This document shows, piece by piece, positions 57,811-64,000 of a stretch of 64,000 nt of DNA. The position numbers and the translations under genes are program-made. Origin of the DNA: an uncultured Candidatus Binatia bacterium (GTDB lineage: Bacteria > Desulfobacterota > Binatia > UBA9968 > CAXXLF01). The DNA lies in NCBI GenBank assembly GCA_965218425.1, contig OZ244621.1, forward strand, positions 2,656,001 through 2,720,000. Direction: 5' to 3'. Under the pieces are notes generated by a model. That model had not been told where the DNA came from and ran no database searches. It saw only the letters and a program-made list of their open reading frames with translations. Each line of letters opens with the position of its first letter. Positions within the stretch are counted from its first letter, which is position 1.

Positions 57811-58728
57811 ATGCAAAAAGATCACGGGCATTCACACGAGGGTCACGACCATTCACACGAGCCTATTACAAAAGTGGTGCCACAGCAGCCCGAACATGTG
57901 CTCAGGCTGATCGCTCTGGGTGAAACCCTGGGGAGAAATGGAGTCACGGTGGTGGAAGATGGCCGGCTCAAGGCAGATGAACTGAACGCCAAAGGCGTGA
58001 CCAAGGGACTTCCCTACTTCGAAAAAAGACTCATGTCCATGCGAGGAGTGCTGGCGGACAAGGAGGTGGTTTCACAGGAGGAAGTGGAGCAGAAAAAGGA
58101 TCAGTTGAAAAAGAGCCGGCAAGGTTCCGACTTTGAGCTGCGTGTGATGGCGCTCACAAACCTGTTGGTTGAGAAAGGTGTTGTGACCCATGAGGATATT
58201 AACGGGCGATATGAAATCGTACGAGCACGGACACCCATGACCGGCGCGAAGATAATTGCCAGGGCATGGGTGGACCCCGAATTCAAAGCCAAATTGAAAA
58301 AGGACGCTAAAGCAGCGATTACGGAGATGGGCCCCGATCTCCTTGATGCAAATAACGGGGAGCCTGTGGACACCTGGAACATTACAAGGTTGGAAGTCAT
58401 AGAGAACACCGAAAAAGTTCGTAATGTGGTGGTGTGCACCCTCTGCTCCTGTTATCCCCGCGGCATCCTGGGTGAGCCTCCGGAGTGGTATACCAGCGAA
58501 AGTTACAGGGAGAGAGTCGTCAAAGAGCCCAGGAAGGTTCTTGCGGAGATGGGTACGAAACTTACAGATGACGTGGAAACTAAGGTTTACGACAGCAGCG
58601 CAGACATTCGCTACCTGGTGATCCCCATACGCCCAAAGGGCACAGAGGGAATGCCGGAAGACCAATTGGCCGAGCTGGTGACGCGGGATAGCTTGATCGG
58701 CGTGGCGGACCCTGTGGCGCATCCGTAA
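57811..58728 (+). CDS. Co-type nitrile hydratase alpha / thiocyanate hydrolase gamma subunit with His-rich beta-N-like extension
   Basis: VVCTLCSCYP metal motif, GAKIIARAWVDPEF, RYLVIP.RP.GTEG, LVTRDSLIG; about 105 extra N-terminal residues. Confidence 0.9.
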   Translation: MQKDHGHSHEGHDHSHEPITKVVPQQPEHVLRLIALGETLGRNGVTVVEDGRLKADELNAKGVTKGLPYFEKRLMSMRGVLADKEVVSQEEVEQKKDQLKKSRQGSDFELRVMALTNLLVEKGVVTHEDINGRYEIVRARTPMTGAKIIARAWVDPEFKAKLKKDAKAAITEMGPDLLDANNGEPVDTWNITRLEVIENTEKVRNVVVCTLCSCYPRGILGEPPEWYTSESYRERVVKEPRKVLAEMGTKLTDDVETKVYDSSADIRYLVIPIRPKGTEGMPEDQLAELVTRDSLIGVADPVAHP

Positions 58729-58775
58729 AAGTAGCGAATCGAGGCGGGAAATCTTTTTTTGCAAACGGAACCGAA

Positions 58776-60335
58776 TTGGATCCTGTTCAACTAGAGGTCT
58801 TTTCCAATCGCATGAGTTCCATTGCGGAGGAGATGGGTGTCCTTCTCAGCCGCACTGCTTATTCTCCCAACATAACAGAGAGACACGACTGTTCCTGTGC
58901 CGTTTTTGATGGCCGGGGCGATATGGTGGCCCAGGCCGCTCATATCCCTGTACACCTGGGCTCGACGCCGCTCTCCGTGCGAGCGGCCATTGAACGGATA
59001 CCCATGGAACCAGGTGATGTGGTCATTTTGAACGATCCCTTCGCCGGAGGGACTCACCTACCGGATCTCACCATGGTAACTCCGGTTTTCTTTCACAAAA
59101 AAGGGAAACCCATCGCTTATGTCGCTAATCGAGCTCATCATTCCGACGTGGGGGGCATGACACCCGGTTCCATGCCTCTTTCCACCGACGTTTTTCAGGA
59201 GGGATTGCGCATCCCCCCTGTGCGGATGGTTCGCGGCGGTAAAATCGTCAGAGACGTCTGGGATCTGCTGCTCAATAACGTGCGCACGGCTGAAGAACGT
59301 GACGGTGATTTGAAAGCCCAGTGGGGATCTTTGAGGATAGGAGCGCTCCGGGTGCTGGACGAAGCAAGGAGTCGAGGGTTGCCGCGGCTCGCCCGGGAAA
59401 TGATTGCCTTAACGAATTATTCCGAAAGACTTATGGGAGCTACTCTCAGAGAAATCCCGAACGGCTCCTACAGTGCCAAGGATTATCTTGATGATGATGG
59501 CATGGGTGGGAAGAGAATCCGGATTCAAGTGGAGGTGACCATCCATGGATCCAAGGCTCGAGTGAACTTTACCGGCACGGATCCCCAAGTGGAGGGTTGT
59601 CTCAATGCCAACGAGGCCATCACGCTTTCCTGTGTCTTCTATGTCTTCAAGGCCATCAGCCGATTTTCCATTCCCGCCAATGGCGGAATCATGCGCCCCG
59701 TCCAGGTGGTAGCTCCCCAGGGAAGCCTCGTAAACGCGAGATTCCCTGCGGCGGTGGCGGGAGGTAACGTGGAGACATCCCAGCGAATCGTGGATGTTCT
59801 ATTGCGTGCGCTTTCTGAGGCATTGCCCGGTCGGATACCGGCGGCGAGCTCCGGCTCCATGAACAATACCGCCATGGGCGGCTACGACCCGATTCGACAA
59901 AGGGTGTTTTCATATTACGAAACGGTGGGAGGAGGAGCCGGGGGCGGCCCGGGTGGACCCGGAGCTTGCGGCCTCCATACCCATATGACTAACACAATGA
60001 ACACACCCATTGAGGCCCTGGAGAGCCATTACCCCTTTCGTGTCTGTGCCTATTCATTGCGCAGAAATTCCGGGGGGACGGGGACACAGCGGGGCGGAGA
60101 CGGCCTGGTCCGTGAATTGGAGTTCCTCGCGGATACGCACTGTACCTTGCTCACGGAGAGGAGAACGATTGCGCCCTACGGACTCAAGGGAGGTGGGGAG
60201 GGTAGGAAGGGCAGAAACTCTCTCATTCGCAATGGTAGAGCGGCACGACTCCCTGGGAAGGCGAATCTGAACCTTCGCGCGGGTGACCGGCTTAGGATTG
60301 AATCGGCCGGGGGTGGAGGCTTCGGCCGGGGGTAG
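58776..60335 (+). CDS. Hydantoinase B / 5-oxoprolinase family subunit
   Basis: SPNITERHDCSCA, HIPVHLG, NDPFAGGTHLPD, RAHHSDVGG, NTPIEALE, GGGGFG. Confidence 0.93.
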   Translation: MDPVQLEVFSNRMSSIAEEMGVLLSRTAYSPNITERHDCSCAVFDGRGDMVAQAAHIPVHLGSTPLSVRAAIERIPMEPGDVVILNDPFAGGTHLPDLTMVTPVFFHKKGKPIAYVANRAHHSDVGGMTPGSMPLSTDVFQEGLRIPPVRMVRGGKIVRDVWDLLLNNVRTAEERDGDLKAQWGSLRIGALRVLDEARSRGLPRLAREMIALTNYSERLMGATLREIPNGSYSAKDYLDDDGMGGKRIRIQVEVTIHGSKARVNFTGTDPQVEGCLNANEAITLSCVFYVFKAISRFSIPANGGIMRPVQVVAPQGSLVNARFPAAVAGGNVETSQRIVDVLLRALSEALPGRIPAASSGSMNNTAMGGYDPIRQRVFSYYETVGGGAGGGPGGPGACGLHTHMTNTMNTPIEALESHYPFRVCAYSLRRNSGGTGTQRGGDGLVRELEFLADTHCTLLTERRTIAPYGLKGGGEGRKGRNSLIRNGRAARLPGKANLNLRAGDRLRIESAGGGGFGRG

Positions 60336-60417
60336 TTTTCCCTAGTAATTGTTATTGAGTTCGGCTATAGAAAAAGCCGTGCCAGTCAATACAGCGTAAC
60401 GAAAGGAGAAGATACAG

Positions 60418-61155
60418 ATGGCAGAAGCGATACCCAACATAGTTCCGGCTGATGACCCCGGTCTTTCCTCATCCATGGTTGATATTTCGGGGAAGGGGGG
60501 AGTCGTCAAAGCTTATCTCTCACACCCCAAAGATGGGAAGAATCTTGGGACGGTGATCGTAATTCATGAAAACAAGGGGTTGGTGGACCATATCAAAGAT
60601 GTGGCCAGACGGTTTGCCAAGGAGGGCTTTGTGGCCCTGGCACCGGATCTCCTCTCCCGCCTTGGGGGAACCGATCAGTACAAGACGGAAGACGACGCCA
60701 TTGCGGCGATCAGGAACGTTACCAATGACGGTGTGGTTGAGGATCTGACAGGCTGTGTGGATTATTTGAAGAAGCTCAATTTCGGTAATGGCCGTGTGGG
60801 CGTGGTGGGGTTCTGTTGGGGAGGGGGGCAGTCGCTGAATTTTGCCACAAAGTGTAAGGATCTAAATGCGGCGATTGTTTACTACGGTCGCAACCCGGAT
60901 CCCCTGGACGCCGTACAAAACGTTCCTTGTCCCGTGCTTGGAAACTATGGCTCGGAGGATAAGAACATCACGCCGGGCGTTGAGCCCTTGCAGGAAGCGA
61001 TGAAAAAGTTCGGCAAGAGCTTTGATCCCAAGATTTATCCCGGAGCGCAGCATGCTTTCAATAACAACACCAACGCGGGTCGCTATCATCCGGACGCGGC
61101 CAAGGACGCTTGGTCAAGATCGGTGAGTTTTTATAAGAAGAACCTAGCTGCCTAG
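60418..61155 (+). CDS. Dienelactone hydrolase family protein
   Basis: VIHENKGL, GFCWGG nucleophile motif, YPGAQHAFNN. Confidence 0.92.
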   Translation: MAEAIPNIVPADDPGLSSSMVDISGKGGVVKAYLSHPKDGKNLGTVIVIHENKGLVDHIKDVARRFAKEGFVALAPDLLSRLGGTDQYKTEDDAIAAIRNVTNDGVVEDLTGCVDYLKKLNFGNGRVGVVGFCWGGGQSLNFATKCKDLNAAIVYYGRNPDPLDAVQNVPCPVLGNYGSEDKNITPGVEPLQEAMKKFGKSFDPKIYPGAQHAFNNNTNAGRYHPDAAKDAWSRSVSFYKKNLAA

Positions 61156-61184
61156 GTCAAGAAGGGATTTCCTCCGGCACGTGA

Positions 61185-61538
61185 TTACTCCTCGTGGTCA
61201 CGTGTCGGATTCCATTCTGCGGTTGGATCCGGCCGCCTTCCAATGGCCCTACTCGCCTCTTTAGGAGAAATAAAGTAGGGCGTATCCGTCAAATCCTTCC
61301 AAATTGCTTTTACTTGTTTAGTATCTCCGAGGGAGCCCAGCCACGAAATAACGGCCACGGGAGCTGCGAAACCCATTATGGCAACTTTCACTGGTACGAA
61401 AACTAGATTGCCCACGGTGACCCCGGTGATCTCCCCTGCTTTATTGACCGCCTCTGCGGCATGGAGGTGGGCGGGGGACATGATTGCGATCATGAGGAAT
61501 ACAACCACAAGGGATCTGAGATTTGCGCGGTGGACCAT
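61185..61538 (-). CDS. Hypothetical exported/membrane protein
   Basis: Signal peptide ending AHLHA, hydrophobic segment; AAAGGA RBS. Confidence 0.6.
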   Translation of the reverse strand: MVHRANLRSLVVVFLMIAIMSPAHLHAAEAVNKAGEITGVTVGNLVFVPVKVAIMGFAAPVAVISWLGSLGDTKQVKAIWKDLTDTPYFISPKEASRAIGRRPDPTAEWNPTRDHEE

Positions 61539-61550
61539 AATGATGTTCCT

Positions 61551-61823
61551 TTATTCAGAAAAGAGTTTGGCTCGGATGGCGTTAGTCTTGTTCGATGGGT
61601 CCCAATATCGGCGCATGCCGAAATAGTAACAACACCTTTCGCTATCCAGATCGTTATCAAAGACACGTAGTTTTCCGTCCTGGAAACGAATCCGAGTCAG
61701 GCAGGTACCCCCTGGGACAGAGGAAGTCATGATTTCTTCAACCACGCCAACTCCCCATTGGCTGTTTTGTTTATGAGAGACCTCGTTTCCCACCTGGAGG
61801 AATAGTCTTTTCCCTCTTGCCAA
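61551..61823 (-). CDS. DUF3553-like small SH3-type protein
   Basis: GNEVSH....WGVGVV, RIRFQDG, C-terminal CCYY. Confidence 0.7.
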   Translation of the reverse strand: MARGKRLFLQVGNEVSHKQNSQWGVGVVEEIMTSSVPGGTCLTRIRFQDGKLRVFDNDLDSERCCYYFGMRRYWDPSNKTNAIRAKLFSE

Positions 61824-61879
61824 TTTCCTGCCCTCTTTTTTGAAACCTACCAGGATTCAACATTCAGTTCAATGTTTTG

Positions 61880-62758
61880 TTATCCCCTTGCGATCTTAAG
61901 AAAAGATGCCACGGCTTTAGCCAACCCTTGCGGGTTGTCACGATGGACCATGTGACCGGCACTTGCAATTTCAACCATGGATGAATGGGGAATTGCTTCG
62001 AAACGCTCATCCAGGTCCTTTCGATGCACCTGCCGACTCTCCTTGCCTCGGACCAGGAGTACCGGGCACTGGATGCGGCGCAGAAATTCCAGGGCCTGTC
62101 CCGCATAAAGCGGTTGGGGTGAGACGGTGCGGTGCAGGGGATCAAACTTCCATACGCGCTTTCCATTTTTTGTTTGCTGCGATCCGTGACGGGCAACGTG
62201 CAACGCCACCTTTAATTTCAACCTGGGATCTCTCCGTTGCAACCGCCTCGCCATTTGTTCCACCGACGCATACTCCACGGGTCTTTTCTGTTCTAGCGCG
62301 TTTACCTCCGTGACCCATTCCCCCATGCGCTCAGGCGCGTGTGCAAAGGAGAAGCCGGCGGGGCCAACCCCTTCCACCAGGATGAGTTTCTTGACCTGGG
62401 TGGGAAAGGTCCCGGAATAGATAAATGAGATGGTTCCTCCCATGGAATGGCCCATCAAGATCACGGATGAAACCTTTAAACTACGAATGAGAGAGTCCAC
62501 GTCCAGGACGTAGTCTGGAAAGTGATAGTAGCCCCCCGTACCCACCCAGCCGCTGTCGCCATGCCCTCGGCAGTCCGGCGCGACAATCCATAGCGGCTTT
62601 TTGGCTTTCTTCTCTATGGCGGTGACGAAAGGATCCCAGCTTCGAGCGTGATCCAGAAAGCCGTGGATCAGTATGAGGGGTGTTCCATTGGGGCTGCCCC
62701 ACTCGACGTAGTGGATCTTGAGTCCGCGGGCCTCGATGGTGTGGTCCTTGAGGCTCAT
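61880..62758 (-). CDS. Alpha/beta-fold hydrolase
   Basis: IHGFLDH, PDCRGHGDS, GHSMGG, AGHMVH. Confidence 0.92.
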   Translation of the reverse strand: MSLKDHTIEARGLKIHYVEWGSPNGTPLILIHGFLDHARSWDPFVTAIEKKAKKPLWIVAPDCRGHGDSGWVGTGGYYHFPDYVLDVDSLIRSLKVSSVILMGHSMGGTISFIYSGTFPTQVKKLILVEGVGPAGFSFAHAPERMGEWVTEVNALEQKRPVEYASVEQMARRLQRRDPRLKLKVALHVARHGSQQTKNGKRVWKFDPLHRTVSPQPLYAGQALEFLRRIQCPVLLVRGKESRQVHRKDLDERFEAIPHSSMVEIASAGHMVHRDNPQGLAKAVASFLKIARG

Positions 62759-63237
62759 GGAGATGGGATTTTACTCAAAGGGATTTCAATGAAATCTTTT
62801 TCCTGCGGCTTCCAGGCGTAGGCGCAAATCTCTTTTACCACGTGATCGTAAATTGAGATGACGATCTGGGCGCTTTGGGGGTAGGTGGGTTCTCCGAAGG
62901 GGCTGGCAAACCCTTTGTCCTCGTCAGAGAAGTATGCCTTGTGGTTCGGGTGAGAGTGATAAAAGGCCTTGAGAGTTGCCCCTTCCCGTTCCGCCTGCTG
63001 GGTGAGCATATCGAGTTCCTTGAAATCCATTGCATAGGCGATGGTGGCGTCCCGTGGATAGGTCTGCGGGTCCAGGGCGTGGAGTTTGTTTTGAATGTTC
63101 GTGCAGCGATGCACTGCATCCCCTTGACCCCTGGAGAGGATCATCCCACAGCACTCTTCGGGGAAAGTGTCCCTCGCGTGACGTGAGATTTCCTCCCACG
63201 CGTTGTCTGTTAAGGTTAACTGGCTGGGCTCATTCAT
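62755..63237 (-). CDS. JAB/MPN+ (M67) metallopeptidase, Mec-like
   Basis: FPEECCG and FYHSHPNHKAYFSDED (JAMM motif). Confidence 0.9.
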   Translation of the reverse strand: MNEPSQLTLTDNAWEEISRHARDTFPEECCGMILSRGQGDAVHRCTNIQNKLHALDPQTYPRDATIAYAMDFKELDMLTQQAEREGATLKAFYHSHPNHKAYFSDEDKGFASPFGEPTYPQSAQIVISIYDHVVKEICAYAWKPQEKDFIEIPLSKIPSP

Positions 63238-63262
63238 GGTGCCTGGGGGGGGGAGCAACTGA

Positions 63263-64000
63263 CTAATCGATTACGCCTTGGTCCACCAGCTCGGCGTATT
63301 CCTCGGTGGAGAGTCCCAAGAGCTCTTTGTAGAAGTACTCGTTGTGTTCGCCCAATAGAGGGTCGCATTTTTCGGGTCCTGCTGGGCTTTTTGAAAGAAT
63401 AAACGGGGGACGCTGATACTGCATCACTCCGATCTCCTTGTGCTTAAGCGGGACCCATTGGCCGCGATGGGATAGCTGTGGATCGGTGTAAATATCCTTC
63501 ATGGTGTTGACAATCCCCGCTCGAATACCCGCGGATTGAAGCTTCTCCACGATCTCTTTAGGGGCCCGTGTTTTCGTCCATTCTCCAATCTTGAGTTCCA
63601 ACTGGTCCTCGTTCGCTTTTCTTCCCTCACGGGTACTCAGATCTTTTGCCTTGGCCCAGGCGGGATTTCCCATCACCTTACACAGGGATTTCCATTCTTC
63701 ATCCGTGGACACGCTGATGACGCACCAACGATCCTCACCTTTGCAGGGAAACGCCCCATGGGGAACCATGTACGGGTCACGGTTGCTATCGCGGGTGGCT
63801 ACTCTGTCGTTCACCTTGTAATCGAGGAGGATCGGAGCAAGGTACTGAAGACCGGTTTCATACTGGGCCAGATCGATGTGCTGTCCCGTGCCGGTTCTGT
63901 TGCGGTGGTCCAGGGCCGCAAGGATTGCCACTGCGCCGTAGCCCACGGCGATGTAATCGATATAGGGCCCGTAGAGGATTTGGGGAGAGCCGTCAGGATA
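63263..64000 (-). CDS. Class III CoA transferase, C-terminal part (5' end outside window)
   Basis: GPYIDY, RTGTGQHIDLAQ, PHGAFPCKGEDRW, PLLGEHN. Confidence 0.9.
   Translation of the reverse strand, partial: YPDGSPQILYGPYIDYIAVGYGAVAILAALDHRNRTGTGQHIDLAQYETGLQYLAPILLDYKVNDRVATRDSNRDPYMVPHGAFPCKGEDRWCVISVSTDEEWKSLCKVMGNPAWAKAKDLSTREGRKANEDQLELKIGEWTKTRAPKEIVEKLQSAGIRAGIVNTMKDIYTDPQLSHRGQWVPLKHKEIGVMQYQRPPFILSKSPAGPEKCDPLLGEHNEYFYKELLGLSTEEYAELVDQGVID

Overview
GC-rich bacterial chromosomal segment. The gene content (class III CoA transferases, Bug/TctC-like and Fe-type ABC binding proteins, LLM and Rieske oxygenases, an outer-membrane TonB receptor) suggests a diderm Deltaproteobacteria-like organism, possibly Binatia-like; this is inference only. 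About 45 genes: housekeeping (hslR, surE, pepF-type peptidase, ilvD, clpS-clpA, rlpA, cinA-like), transport (RND, EamA, ZIP, MFS, ABC) and catabolism (tcuAB, hydroxycinnamoyl-CoA hydratase-lyase, Rieske oxygenase, hydantoinase A and B 58 kb apart). There are two near-identical 1090 bp IS630-family elements with a -1 frameshift site. No rRNA, tRNA or CRISPR array was seen. Best candidates for novelty: (1) a SenB-type selenosugar synthase downstream of a cytoplasmic GH84 O-GlcNAcase-like gene, without senA/senC nearby; (2) a Co-type nitrile hydratase/thiocyanate hydrolase with rearranged subunits (free beta-C domain plus a His-rich betaN-alpha fusion); (3) a three-copy ~100 bp hairpin repeat with a compensatory base change, located next to both IS630 copies; (4) small Cys-rich ORFs, one missed by the ORF track and preceded by a sigma54-type promoter. 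All calls rest on motif recognition by eye; no database searches were run.
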